64,000 nucleotides of DNA from an uncultured Gammaproteobacteria bacterium (GCA_964602485.1 CAZRQU010000001.1:52284-116283), one strand, 5' to 3'. Counted from the first letter of the stretch, positions 1-8,911 are shown. Notes: generated by a model not told the origin, from the letters alone. Program-made: numbers and translations.

Positions 1-468
1 ATTAAGCCGGGCAATTCCATGCCGGTCAAATATATTCCAGCCGGAGTTGAGGTATTTTGCGTAGAGTTGAATCCTGGACAAGGAGCCAAATTGGCCAGAG
101 GTGCGGGCAATTCCATATTCATCATGGGTGTTGAGGGAGATTTTGCTCAGCTAAGGATGCCGTCTGGAGAAATAAGATTAGTTAAGAAGGAATGTCTTTG
201 CACTATAGGTTCTGCTAGTAATGCTGATAGGAGACATATCAAATATGGATTGGCCGGTAGAAAGAGAAAGTTGGGATGGAGACCTACTGTTCGTGGATCA
301 GCTATGAATCCTATAGATCATCCTCACGGAGGTGGAGAAGGAAATCAGCCTATCGGTTTGAAGAATCCTAAAGATCCATGGGGTAAACCAGCCCTGGGGG
401 TTAAGACCAGAAAGAAGAAAGCTAGTGATAAATTGATAGTTAAGAGAAGAAAGAAGAGAAAAAGATAA
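1..468 (+). CDS. rplB: 50S ribosomal protein L2, C-terminal part (gene runs off the 5' edge)
   Basis: The frame is open from base 1. The translation has the L2 C-terminal signature RGSAMNPIDHPHGGGEG and S19 follows. Confidence 0.95.
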   Translation: MKPGNSMPVKYIPAGVEVFCVELNPGQGAKLARGAGNSIFIMGVEGDFAQLRMPSGEIRLVKKECLCTIGSASNADRRHIKYGLAGRKRKLGWRPTVRGSAMNPIDHPHGGGEGNQPIGLKNPKDPWGKPALGVKTRKKKASDKLIVKRRKKRKR

Positions 469-479
469 TAATAAATAAT

Positions 480-755
480 ATGGGAAGAAGTCTTAAAAAG
501 GGGCCATACATAAACCCCAGAATACTAAAAAAGATCCAAGCTTTGAAGCCGGGAGATAAGACAGTGGTCAAAGTTTGGGATAGAGCATGTACCATTACTC
601 CGGAAATGGTTGGTTTTACCATAGGTGTTCACAACGGTAAGACCCATGTGCCGGTGTTGGTAGTGGAAAATATGGTTGGCCATAGGTTAGGCGAATTCGC
701 TCCGACAAAGAAATTCATTTCCCATGGAGGTAAAATGGCCAAAGATGCTGGTTAA
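480..755 (+). CDS. rpsS: 30S ribosomal protein S19
   Basis: 91 aa starting MGRSLKKGPYI, with the GHRLGEFAPT motif. It lies between L2 and L22. Confidence 0.97.
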   Translation: MGRSLKKGPYINPRILKKIQALKPGDKTVVKVWDRACTITPEMVGFTIGVHNGKTHVPVLVVENMVGHRLGEFAPTKKFISHGGKMAKDAG

Positions 756-776
756 TAAGGTTTTGTAAATATATAT

Positions 777-1340
777 ATGGATATAAAAGCAAGTGCAAAA
801 CACGTAAAAATGAGCCCTAAAAAGATAAGGTTAGTAGCAGATCTTGTACGCGGTTTGGAATTGGGTAAAGCTCGTGATATACTAAAATTCACTAACAAAA
901 AGGCAGTAAAGCCGATCTTGAAACTGATCGATTCCGCTGTTGCCAATGCGGAGAATAATTATGAATTGGATAAAAGCAATCTTTTTATAAAAGAGATCAT
1001 GGTTGACGAAGGACTGACAATGAAACGTTGGATGCCAAGGGCTTACGGAAGAGCCACCAGGATAAACAAGAGAATGAGCCATATAAGATTGATATTGGGC
1101 GAAATAAAGGATAGCGGAGTGGTGGAGTCCAAAAAGCAAGAGATAGAGAAACCGGTTAATTTGGAGGATATGGTCAAGCAGGCGGAAAAGAGCGCCGAGA
1201 AGGGTGACAAAAAAGAAAAGAAAGATGACAAGAAAGAGCAGACAAAGAAGACCAAGAACGAAGACAAGACCAATGAGAAACAGAAGGGCACATCCAAAAA
1301 AGGATTTACCGGCAAAATATTTCAAAGAAAATCAGGATAA
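777..1340 (+). CDS. rplV: 50S ribosomal protein L22 with a Lys/Glu-rich C-terminal extension of about 75 aa
   Basis: The N-terminal 110 aa are L22-like (KHVKMSPKKIRLVADLVRG ... RINKRMSHI). The tail is a KKEKKDDKKEQTKK low-complexity stretch. Confidence 0.93.
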   Translation: MDIKASAKHVKMSPKKIRLVADLVRGLELGKARDILKFTNKKAVKPILKLIDSAVANAENNYELDKSNLFIKEIMVDEGLTMKRWMPRAYGRATRINKRMSHIRLILGEIKDSGVVESKKQEIEKPVNLEDMVKQAEKSAEKGDKKEKKDDKKEQTKKTKNEDKTNEKQKGTSKKGFTGKIFQRKSG

Positions 1341-1369
1341 TTATTAATATTGGTTAAATCAAATACAGT

Positions 1370-2053
1370 ATGGGTAAAAAAGTTAATCCAAAAATAATAA
1401 GATTAGGGGTAACGAAAAAGTGGCCTTCGGTTTGGTTTTCTTCAGGTAAAGATTATATCAAGAATATACAGCAGGACATTCAGGTAAGAAAACATTTAAC
1501 CCAAAAATTATCCGAAGCCGGCGTTGATGATATAATCATAGAAAGAGGAACAAAGAAGATAGATATAATAATCAATACGGCTAAACCGGGCGTGGTCATT
1601 GGTCGCGGAGGAACAGGTATCGATGATCTGAAGAAAGAGATCCATGATAAGTTTTTGAAGAATTACAGAATGGGTGAGATAAATATAAATATAAAAGAAT
1701 ACGATAAGCCTAATCTTAGTGCCCAGATAATACTGCAATCAATGATATCCGATATTGAGAAAAGAATGCCTTACAAAAGAGTAATGAAACAGGCTATATC
1801 AAGAATAGAGAGAGCTGGTGCCCTGGGATGTAAGGTTGTGGTTGCCGGAAGATTGAATGGAGCCGAGATAGCCAGGACAGAGAAGCTAGTTTCAGGCAAG
1901 ATCCCTTTGCAGACATTGAGAGCCGATATCGATTATTCCAGAGGACATGCCACAACTACCTATGGTTCTGTCGGAGTCAAGGTTTGGATATATCGTGGAG
2001 AGATATTCTCCAAGGATAAAGATAAAAAAGGAGAAGTAATAGGAAGAAAATAA
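1370..2053 (+). CDS. rpsC: 30S ribosomal protein S3
   Basis: Starts MGKKVNPKIIRLG, has a KH-domain GRGG motif, and sits in the S3 position of the operon. Confidence 0.97.
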   Translation: MGKKVNPKIIRLGVTKKWPSVWFSSGKDYIKNIQQDIQVRKHLTQKLSEAGVDDIIIERGTKKIDIIINTAKPGVVIGRGGTGIDDLKKEIHDKFLKNYRMGEININIKEYDKPNLSAQIILQSMISDIEKRMPYKRVMKQAISRIERAGALGCKVVVAGRLNGAEIARTEKLVSGKIPLQTLRADIDYSRGHATTTYGSVGVKVWIYRGEIFSKDKDKKGEVIGRK

Positions 2054-2064
2054 TTTTTTAAAAT

Positions 2065-2469
2065 ATGTTGGTACCGAAAAAGCAAAAATACAGAAAATCG
2101 CATAAAGCTAAAAGGGGTGGTAAAGCCACCAGTATGAACAGTGTTGATTTTGGCAGCTTTGGATTAAAAGCTTTGACAGCCGGATGGGTAACATCAAGGC
2201 AGCTTGAAGCCGCTCGTAGAGTTATGACAAGATATACTAGAAAAGGCGGCAGGATATGGATAAGAGTGTTCCCGGATAGGCCGGTTACCAAAAAGGGAGG
2301 AGAGACCCCAATGGGTAAAGGAAAAGGAAGTGTAGACCATTATATAGTACCGGTCAAGCCTGGCGTGGTAATGTTCGAAATGGAGGGTATAGCAGAAAAT
2401 ATGGCTCAAAAAGCAATGGAGTCAGCCGCCTATAAATTACCGGTAAAATGTAAATTCGTTAAGGAATAA
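2065..2469 (+). CDS. rplP: 50S ribosomal protein L16
   Basis: Starts MLVPKKQKYRK and contains RQLEAARRVMTRYTRKGG. Confidence 0.97.
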   Translation: MLVPKKQKYRKSHKAKRGGKATSMNSVDFGSFGLKALTAGWVTSRQLEAARRVMTRYTRKGGRIWIRVFPDRPVTKKGGETPMGKGKGSVDHYIVPVKPGVVMFEMEGIAENMAQKAMESAAYKLPVKCKFVKE

Positions 2470-2475
2470 AATATT

Positions 2476-2670
2476 ATGGAGTTAAAGGAACTAAAGAAAA
2501 AAAGCGAGGATGAATTGCATTCTTTATTGGCAGAGACAAGAGAGAAGATAAGAGGCTTACGTTTTAAGGATGCCAATAAGCAATTAAAGAACGTCAGAGA
2601 GATAAGAGAGGCCAAAAAAATGGTTGCTCAGGTCCTGACATTGCTTAACTCTAAAAGAAATAAGCAGTAA
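2476..2670 (+). CDS. rpmC: 50S ribosomal protein L29
   Basis: 64 aa with L29-like LKELKKKSEDEL ... LRFK. It lies between L16 and S17. Confidence 0.9.
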   Translation: MELKELKKKSEDELHSLLAETREKIRGLRFKDANKQLKNVREIREAKKMVAQVLTLLNSKRNKQ

Positions 2671-2675
2671 TTTAT

Positions 2676-2924
2676 ATGGATAATAAAGATAACAAAAAAA
2701 ACGTAAGAAGATTTGAAGGTGTGGTTGTTAGTGATAAGCAAGATAAGACTTTAGTAGTAGAGGTTGAGAATGTGAGACTGCATCCGAAATATAAGAAAAG
2801 ATATACGGTTAGTAAGAGATATAAAGTTCATGATGATAAGAATAAGTTCAGAGAAGGGGATCAGGTCACTTTTGCAGAATGCCGGCCTATAAGTAAGGAA
2901 AAAAGATGGAGAGTAGTATACTAG
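2676..2924 (+). CDS. rpsQ: 30S ribosomal protein S17
   Basis: 82 aa with GVVVSDKQDKTLVVEV ... HPKYKKRY ... VHD. Confidence 0.93.
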   Translation: MDNKDNKKNVRRFEGVVVSDKQDKTLVVEVENVRLHPKYKKRYTVSKRYKVHDDKNKFREGDQVTFAECRPISKEKRWRVVY

Positions 2925-2931
2925 GAATTCA

Positions 2932-2992
2932 GTTGATCAGGCGTTTATGGCCCGAATAGCATAAAGCTAAGAAGGGCAAGCAGCTGATCAAC
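2932..2992 (+). repeat. Intergenic inverted repeat GTTGATCAG (2932-2940) / CTGATCAAC (2984-2992), 43-nt spacer, between rpsQ and rplN
   Basis: The 9-bp reverse complement is perfect when read directly. A GCCC/GGGC pair lies inside the spacer. Confidence 0.7.
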
Positions 2993-3013
2993 CAATTAAC
3001 CAGGTAACTAATA
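2992..3013 (+). repeat. 22-nt module CCAATTAACCAGGTAACTAATA, ending 2 nt before the rplN ATG
   Basis: The same 22-mer recurs inverted at 4601-4622 with one mismatch. The AATTAACCA core recurs upstream of rpsH and atpE. Confidence 0.75.
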
Positions 3014-3015
3014 AT

Positions 3016-3384
3016 ATGATACAAGTAGAATCAAAAATAAAAGTAGCTGACAATTCCGGTGCTAGACTAGTCCAGTGCATCAAGGTTAAAGGCGGTTATA
3101 AAAGACGTTACGCCAGAGTGGGGGACGTGATAACTGCTTCTGTAAAAGAAGCCACTCCGCATGCGGCCATCAAGAAGAGTGATAAGGTCACGGCCGTGAT
3201 AGTCAGAACCAAGAAAGAAACAAGAAGAGAAGATGGAACCTGTTTGCGTTTCGACGAAAATTCTTGCGTTATTATTGATGATAAAAATAATCCAAGAGGT
3301 ACCAGGGTTTTTGGTCCGATAGCCAGAGAAGTTAGAAGAAAAGGATTTTTCAAGATAGCTTCGCTTGCTCCAGAAGTACTATAA
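3016..3384 (+). CDS. rplN: 50S ribosomal protein L14
   Basis: Starts [17 protein letters not shown] and ends ...[10 protein letters not shown]. Confidence 0.97.
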   Translation: MIQVESKIKVADNSGARLVQCIKVKGGYKRRYARVGDVITASVKEATPHAAIKKSDKVTAVIVRTKKETRREDGTCLRFDENSCVIIDDKNNPRGTRVFGPIAREVRRKGFFKIASLAPEVL

Positions 3385-3493
3385 TTGAATTAGTAGTAGC
3401 ATTAGTAGGTTAGCGCGTGTTTGGTGAAAGAGGAGATTACAAAGTACACGCCAATTTACGAATTAAATGCTAATCTACGAATGTAAATATCTT

Positions 3494-3826
3494 ATGAAGA
3501 TAAAAAAAGGCGACAAAGTAAAAATACTGACAGGTAAGGACAGGAACAAAACCGGAAAGGTGTTGCAGGTTTTTACCGATAGGAATAAAGCCAGCGTAGA
3601 AGGTTTAAATCTTTCTGTTAAGCATATAAGACCTAGACGTGAAGGAGAAAAAGGACAAAGAATAGAATTTCCATCACCTATGAATATTTCCAATTTATCT
3701 TTGGTTTGTCCTAAATGCGGCAAGTCTTGCCGAGTTGGTTATCAGTATAAGGAAGAAAAGAAAGGTGATAAGGTAAAAAAGAGCAAGATAAGATATTGTA
3801 AAAAATGCAAAGCCAATATAGATTAA
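3494..3826 (+). CDS. rplX: 50S ribosomal protein L24 with a C-terminal CxxC...CxxC segment
   Basis: MKIKKGDKVKILTGKDRNKTGKV is the typical L24 N-terminus, so the ATG at 3494 is preferred over the one at 3467. The C-terminus has CPKCG...CKKC. Confidence 0.9.
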   Translation: MKIKKGDKVKILTGKDRNKTGKVLQVFTDRNKASVEGLNLSVKHIRPRREGEKGQRIEFPSPMNISNLSLVCPKCGKSCRVGYQYKEEKKGDKVKKSKIRYCKKCKANID

Positions 3827-3830
3827 AATT

Positions 3831-4376
3831 ATGAGATTGAAAGAATTATACAAAAAAGAAATAATACCAGCCTTAAAGAAAGAATTGGATGTAAAGAATA
3901 GTCTTGCTATTCCTCACTTGTCCAAGGTTTCTATAAATGTAGGGTTTGGCAAACATACCAAAGAAAAGGATTACGCTGATTCGGTAGTAAAGAATTTGAC
4001 CGCCATAAGCGGACAAAAGCCGTCTTTGGCCAAAGCAAAAAAAGCCATTTCAGCTTTTAAGATAAGGCAGGGAATGACCATTGGCGCCAGAGTGACCTTG
4101 CGCGGGGATAGGATGTATGATTTTATCGAAAAATTGGTTAATATATATTTCCCAAGAGTTCGTGATTTTAGAGGTATCAGCGTCAGATCTATTGACGATA
4201 AAGGCAATTTGACCATAGGGTTCAAAGAGGTTTTGGCTTTCCCGGAGATAGAAGAACAGAATTTGGAGAATGTTCATGGTCTTGAGGTCAGTATTTCCAC
4301 TACCGCAAAGGATCGTGAGCAAGGATCAGCTTTATTTAGAGCTTTGAATTTCCCTTTTAAGAAAGAAGATAAATAA
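3831..4376 (+). CDS. rplE: 50S ribosomal protein L5
   Basis: 181 aa, L5-like throughout ([14 protein letters not shown] ... [12 protein letters not shown]). Confidence 0.97.
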   Translation: MRLKELYKKEIIPALKKELDVKNSLAIPHLSKVSINVGFGKHTKEKDYADSVVKNLTAISGQKPSLAKAKKAISAFKIRQGMTIGARVTLRGDRMYDFIEKLVNIYFPRVRDFRGISVRSIDDKGNLTIGFKEVLAFPEIEEQNLENVHGLEVSISTTAKDREQGSALFRALNFPFKKEDK

Positions 4377-4392
4377 CAGTCAATTATCATAT

Positions 4393-4578
4393 ATGGCTAG
4401 AAAAGCATTAATAGCAAAAGCAAAAAGAAAACCTAAATATCCTACCAGGGTAATAAGACGTTGTTGGCGTTGTGGTCGTAATAGGGGGTATATAAGGGAT
4501 TTCGGATTGTGCCGAATATGTTTCAGGGAATTGGCCGATAAAGGTGAATTGCCCGGAGTTAAGAAATCATCTTGGTAA
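4393..4578 (+). CDS. rpsZ: 30S ribosomal protein S14, type Z (zinc-binding, 61 aa)
   Basis: 61 aa with CWRCGR...CRIC and a KKSSW C-terminus. Confidence 0.95.
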   Translation: MARKALIAKAKRKPKYPTRVIRRCWRCGRNRGYIRDFGLCRICFRELADKGELPGVKKSSW

Positions 4579-4600
4579 TTTAGTAATTAGTATATTAGTA

Positions 4601-4622
4601 TATTAGTTACTTGGTTAATTGG
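4601..4622 (-). repeat. Inverted copy (21/22 identical) of the 22-nt module at 2992-3013
   Basis: The reverse complement of TATTAGTTACTTGGTTAATTGG is CCAATTAACCAAGTAACTAATA. It is preceded by tandem ATTAGTAT units at 4586-4608. Confidence 0.75.
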
Positions 4623-4694
4623 GGGTTTTAAAGAAAGATAGAATAAAAGTGATACCAACAATCGATCAACTAAGTAACAAATTAACCATAAGTT

Positions 4695-5096
4695 ATGACA
4701 GATCCAATTTCAGACATGCTAACAAGAATTAGAAACGCGTCTGCCGTCAGAAAGCCGGAGGTGGTTTTGCCAATGAGCAAAATGAAATATCAGATAGGGA
4801 AGATACTGGAAAAGGAGAATTTGATCTCCAAATGCGAAAAAGAAGAAGCCGGAGAAAATAAGCAGGGCGGTAATTTGAAATTGACATTAAGATACAGGAA
4901 AAGTGGCAAGCCAGCTATAAATAGTTTAAAGAGGATAAGTAAACCAAGTAGAAAGGTGTATGTGGGCAAGAATGAGATACCAAAAGTATTGAACGGGTTC
5001 GGAATGGCCATAATTTCTACATCTAACGGATTGATGACCAGTAAAGAAGCACACGACAAGAAGTTGGGAGGAGAAGTTATCTGTGAAATATATTAA
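4695..5096 (+). CDS. rpsH: 30S ribosomal protein S8
   Basis: Starts MTDPISDMLTRIRNA and ends GGEVICEIY. Confidence 0.96.
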   Translation: MTDPISDMLTRIRNASAVRKPEVVLPMSKMKYQIGKILEKENLISKCEKEEAGENKQGGNLKLTLRYRKSGKPAINSLKRISKPSRKVYVGKNEIPKVLNGFGMAIISTSNGLMTSKEAHDKKLGGEVICEIY

Positions 5097-5142
5097 TATA
5101 TTAGGCTATTAGTTAAATAATTGATCAAAACGATTAACATAT

Positions 5143-5688
5143 ATGTCAAGATTAGGAAAATTACCAATAAAGTTAAAGCCGGAAACCCAAGCTAAGATAG
5201 AAGAGGGTTTTATAATAGTAAAAGGTTCCAAAGGTGAATTGAAACAGAAGTTGAACGATCTGGTTGATGTTAATATTGATGATAATAGTATAATCGTAGA
5301 CGTAAAGAATAAGAACAGAGAAGAAGAAAAGGCTCAATGGGGGCTTTTTAGAAGTTTGATAAACAATATGGTCAAAGGGGTTGAAGAAGGCTTTGAGAGA
5401 AAATTGGAAATAAACGGTGTAGGTTATAAAGCCGCGGTTTCAGGTAATAAATTGATATTGAATGTAGGTTATTCCAATCCCAGGGAATTCGAATTCCCAG
5501 AAGGTATAACCATAGCTGTCGAAGGCAATGTTATTACGGTTTCAGGTATAGATAAACAGGTGGTTGGAGAAACAGCTGCCCAGATAAGAAAAATAAGAAA
5601 ACCGGAGCCTTATAAGGGTAAAGGTATAAAATATTCAGACGAGATAATAATAAGAAAAGAAGGTAAGGCAGTGTCCAAAGGTGAATAA
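5143..5688 (+). CDS. rplF: 50S ribosomal protein L6
   Basis: Starts MSRLGKLPI, contains GVGYKA and PEPYKGKGIKY. Confidence 0.96.
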   Translation: MSRLGKLPIKLKPETQAKIEEGFIIVKGSKGELKQKLNDLVDVNIDDNSIIVDVKNKNREEEKAQWGLFRSLINNMVKGVEEGFERKLEINGVGYKAAVSGNKLILNVGYSNPREFEFPEGITIAVEGNVITVSGIDKQVVGETAAQIRKIRKPEPYKGKGIKYSDEIIIRKEGKAVSKGE

Positions 5689-5700
5689 TATTAAGAATAT

Positions 5701-6057
5701 ATGAATAAAGAAAAAGAAAACAAGTTAAGACAGACCAGAAGACACAAAAGGATCAGGGCTAAGATAAGTGGAACTGCTTCTAAGCCTAGACTTAGTGTTT
5801 TTAGGTCCAATAAAGGCTTTTTCCTTCAATTGATAGATGATGAAAATGGTAATACTCTAGTGAGCGCTGACATAAAAGAGATGAAATCAGGAAAAGGAGC
5901 TGGAATGGATAGAGCTTTTGAATTAGGTAAGATATTGGCCAAAAAGGCTCTTGAGAAGAAGATAAAGGAAGCAGTTTTCGATAAAGGGTCTTATAGATAT
6001 CATGGTAAGGTCAAAGCCATAGCTGAAGGCGCTAGAGAAGGTGGCTTGGAATTCTAA
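5701..6057 (+). CDS. rplR: 50S ribosomal protein L18
   Basis: Contains RRHKRIRAKISGT...PRLSVFRSNK and YHGKVKAIAEGAREGGLEF. Confidence 0.95.
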   Translation: MNKEKENKLRQTRRHKRIRAKISGTASKPRLSVFRSNKGFFLQLIDDENGNTLVSADIKEMKSGKGAGMDRAFELGKILAKKALEKKIKEAVFDKGSYRYHGKVKAIAEGAREGGLEF

Positions 6058-6079
6058 TCAAATTTAATCATTTTTTGAT

Positions 6080-6790
6080 ATGGCAGAAGAAAATAAACAA
6101 TCGAATAATAAAGAGGCCAAAGAAGGACAAGGCAAGAAGGAAATGAATAAGAAGCCAAAGACAGACAGAAAAGAAACAGTTGGCAACAAGAGAAATGGAG
6201 GCAAGCCGTCAAGGTTCAGAAAGGATAGACGGGGCGCTGACAAGAAAGATGATTTTGATCAGAGGATATTGGATATAGCCAGAGTGACCAGAGTTATGGC
6301 CGGAGGAAAAAGAATGCGTTTCAGGGCTTGTGTGGCAGTTGGTGATAAAAAAGGGAAGATAGGCGTTGGAGTAGCTAAGGGAGCTGATGTGACCATTGCG
6401 GTCAATAAGGCCGTCAACAAGGCTAAAAGGACAATGATAGATGTGCCTATGGTCAATGATACCATCCCTCACGAGATATATAACAAGTTCGGTGCCGCTA
6501 AGTTGATATTCAAACCGACCAAGACCGGTCGCGGTGTTATCGCTGGAGGCGTGGTGCGCGTCGTTTTGGAATTGGCTGGCATAAAGAATATAACCAGTAA
6601 GATACTAGGAACCAACAATAAGTTGAATAATGCCAAATGCACTGTTGAAGCTTTGAGCAGGTTGAAAAAAGTTGATAATGGCAAGAAGAAGATCGAGAAA
6701 AAAGAAGAAGCTGGTAATAAAGGAAAAGATAAGAAGGACAACAATAAAGAGAACGCCGGAAATACTAAAGATGAAAAGAATAAAAAGTAA
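6080..6790 (+). CDS. rpsE: 30S ribosomal protein S5 with Lys-rich N- and C-terminal extensions
   Basis: The core has RVTRVMAGGKRMRFRACVAVGD...GVGVAKG. About 65 aa of basic N-terminal extension and about 35 aa of KKEE-rich C-terminal extension flank it. Confidence 0.93.
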   Translation: MAEENKQSNNKEAKEGQGKKEMNKKPKTDRKETVGNKRNGGKPSRFRKDRRGADKKDDFDQRILDIARVTRVMAGGKRMRFRACVAVGDKKGKIGVGVAKGADVTIAVNKAVNKAKRTMIDVPMVNDTIPHEIYNKFGAAKLIFKPTKTGRGVIAGGVVRVVLELAGIKNITSKILGTNNKLNNAKCTVEALSRLKKVDNGKKKIEKKEEAGNKGKDKKDNNKENAGNTKDEKNKK

Positions 6791-6795
6791 AAAAT

Positions 6796-7206
6796 ATGGC
6801 TTTAAGATCAGACAATATAAAAACCAATAAAAAAAAGAGGAAAAGGGTCGGTCGTGGAAATTCTTCCGGCGATGGTAACTATTGTGGTAGAGGAATGAAA
6901 GGGCAAAAGGCCAGGTCAGGTGTTTCTGGACTTAAGCGCCTTGGTATGAGACAGATGCTTTTGGCCACTCCTAAGGTGCGTGGTTTTAAGTCGGATAAAC
7001 CCAAAGATCAGATCGTAAAGATCTCACAGATAAATAAGAATTTCAAAGATGGCGACAAGATCGATCCATCCGCTTTGGTCAAGAAGGGCTTGGTAGACAA
7101 GGTTAGATCCCCAATAAAGATATTGGGCGGAGAGGACCTTAAGGTCAAAGTTGATTTCAAGGGAGTAAAATTAAGCTCAAGTGTCATCGAACAGCTTAAA
7201 AAATAG
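6796..7206 (+). CDS. rplO: 50S ribosomal protein L15
   Basis: Contains RVGRGNSSG...GRGMKGQKARSG. It starts 5 nt after the S5 stop, so no L30 gene fits between them. Confidence 0.93.
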   Translation: MALRSDNIKTNKKKRKRVGRGNSSGDGNYCGRGMKGQKARSGVSGLKRLGMRQMLLATPKVRGFKSDKPKDQIVKISQINKNFKDGDKIDPSALVKKGLVDKVRSPIKILGGEDLKVKVDFKGVKLSSSVIEQLKK

Positions 7207-7215
7207 GATCAAATT

Positions 7216-8493
7216 ATGAAAGTATTCGACAAACTATCTCAGATATGGAGGGCTCGGGACCTAAGGAAGAATATAATATTCGTCCTGATGATGTTGGTTA
7301 TTTTCAGGTTCGCTGCTCATATACCCATACCTAGTGTCAACGCTCAGGCTCTAAGGGAACTTTTTTCCTCTAACCAGATGTTAGGTCTTTTGAATCTTTT
7401 TTCTGGCGGAGGAATGCAGAATTTTTCCATAGTGATGATGGGTATAGCTCCGTACATCACGGCTTCCATCATATTTCAACTGCTAGCGATGGTCATTCCG
7501 GCCTTGGAAGAGATGCAAAAAGAGGAAGCTGGGCGACAGAAGATAAATATGTGGACAAGATGGGCCACGGTGCCCTTGGCCGCTATGCAGTCTCTTTCAA
7601 TGATAACTTTGTTAAGAAGGTCTTCTTATGATATTTTGGGTGATGTTTCTTCTTTTGATCTTTTTTCCATGGTCACAGTGATCACTGCCGGTACAGTCTT
7701 CCTTATGTGGATAGGCGAATTGATCAGTGAGAAGAATATAGGTAACGGAATATCTTTACTGATATTTGCCGGTATAATTTCCAGTTTACCTCAAGCGATA
7801 CAACAGACAGTGGCTACTTATGATCCGAGTCAATTGTTTACTATAATAAGTTTCGTGGCTATAGCCGTTATTACGGTTATTGGCATAGTGATCATAAACG
7901 AAGGGCAGAGAAAGATACCAGTACAACATGCTCGACAGGTTAGGGGGCATAAGATGTATGGAGGAACTTCCACTCATTTGCCTTTAAGAGTCAATATGGC
8001 TGGCGTGATACCTATAATATTCGCTATTGCCTTGGTCACTTTTCCGGCTACTTTGGCTCAATTCTTCAGAGGAGCCAAAACTGCGTGGATAGCCGACCTT
8101 TCACAGTGGGTTATAGATATTCTTAATAACCAATTGATATACGGTATATTCTATTTTGTGTTGGTGTTCGCTTTCACTTATTTTTACACTGAAGTGATCT
8201 TCCATCCTGACAGGATAGCTGAGAATTTGCAGAAACAGGGAGCTTTCATCCCTGGTATCAGACCAGGTTCCAACACCAGGGATTATCTGGCTTACACTGT
8301 CCATAGGATAGTTTTCGTAGGCGCTTTGTTCTTGGCTGGCATAGCCATTCTCCCATTGATAATGAGATATTTTACCGGCACTCAATCATTGGCCATTGGA
8401 GGAACCAGTTTATTGATAGTCGTTTCAGTTGTGGTTGAAACCGTCAAACAGATAGAATCGCAATTAACAATGAGAGAATACGAATCCAAATAG
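7216..8493 (+). CDS. secY: Preprotein translocase subunit SecY
   Basis: 425 aa with 10 predicted TM segments. It has the SecY motifs LFSGG....SI..LGI.PYI.ASI and sits after L15. Confidence 0.97.
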   Translation: MKVFDKLSQIWRARDLRKNIIFVLMMLVIFRFAAHIPIPSVNAQALRELFSSNQMLGLLNLFSGGGMQNFSIVMMGIAPYITASIIFQLLAMVIPALEEMQKEEAGRQKINMWTRWATVPLAAMQSLSMITLLRRSSYDILGDVSSFDLFSMVTVITAGTVFLMWIGELISEKNIGNGISLLIFAGIISSLPQAIQQTVATYDPSQLFTIISFVAIAVITVIGIVIINEGQRKIPVQHARQVRGHKMYGGTSTHLPLRVNMAGVIPIIFAIALVTFPATLAQFFRGAKTAWIADLSQWVIDILNNQLIYGIFYFVLVFAFTYFYTEVIFHPDRIAENLQKQGAFIPGIRPGSNTRDYLAYTVHRIVFVGALFLAGIAILPLIMRYFTGTQSLAIGGTSLLIVVSVVVETVKQIESQLTMREYESK

Positions 8494-8516
8494 ACATAGA
8501 TATATTATAAGAAGCG

Positions 8517-8541
8517 AAAAGCCCTGCCTAGGGGCTTTTTT
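8517..8541 (+). terminator. Rho-independent terminator after secY
   Basis: AAAGCCC-tgcctag-GGGCTTT stem-loop followed by a T-run. Confidence 0.7.
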
Positions 8542-8614
8542 GTTGGTGAAAAATGTACTATAATGATATTGTAGCAGGTGACACCTGCTGTATTAGAATT
8601 TTCGTTAAAAACAT

Positions 8615-8911
8615 ATGGGAAAAATATCCGATCTACCAAAAGCAGGCCCTAAATTTAGGGCAAAAAACCACATAAGCAGTTTTCGGCGCAAACTGAAAAG
8701 TGCTTGCCGACATGGAGGATTGAAGAATCTTGAAGATAATATACCGGCCATAGTGGATGTCATAAAGGATTATGAGGAATACATACAGGAAGGCAGGTTT
8801 TCTCGTCGTCAAAAGATAGCAGCCAGACGAAAGATAAAAAAGATAGATGATAATCTTTCTAGAGATGATATTAGGGAGATAAATAAGATATTGGACCATT
8901 TAAGGGATTAA
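8615..8911 (+). CDS. Hypothetical basic protein (98 aa)
   Basis: Clean ORF with an ATG start. Its stop lies 1 nt before the next start, so the two look translationally coupled. I recognise no family. Confidence 0.5.
   Translation: MGKISDLPKAGPKFRAKNHISSFRRKLKSACRHGGLKNLEDNIPAIVDVIKDYEEYIQEGRFSRRQKIAARRKIKKIDDNLSRDDIREINKILDHLRD

Noticed and set aside
882-1325. Minus-strand ORFs opposite Lys/Glu-rich coding tails (882-1325, 1043-1315, 6469-6744, 16475-16856, 43939-44364, 49326-49875)
   Set aside because: AAG/GAA-rich sense strands give long stop-free Phe/Leu/Ser-rich antisense frames. All overlap strongly supported genes.
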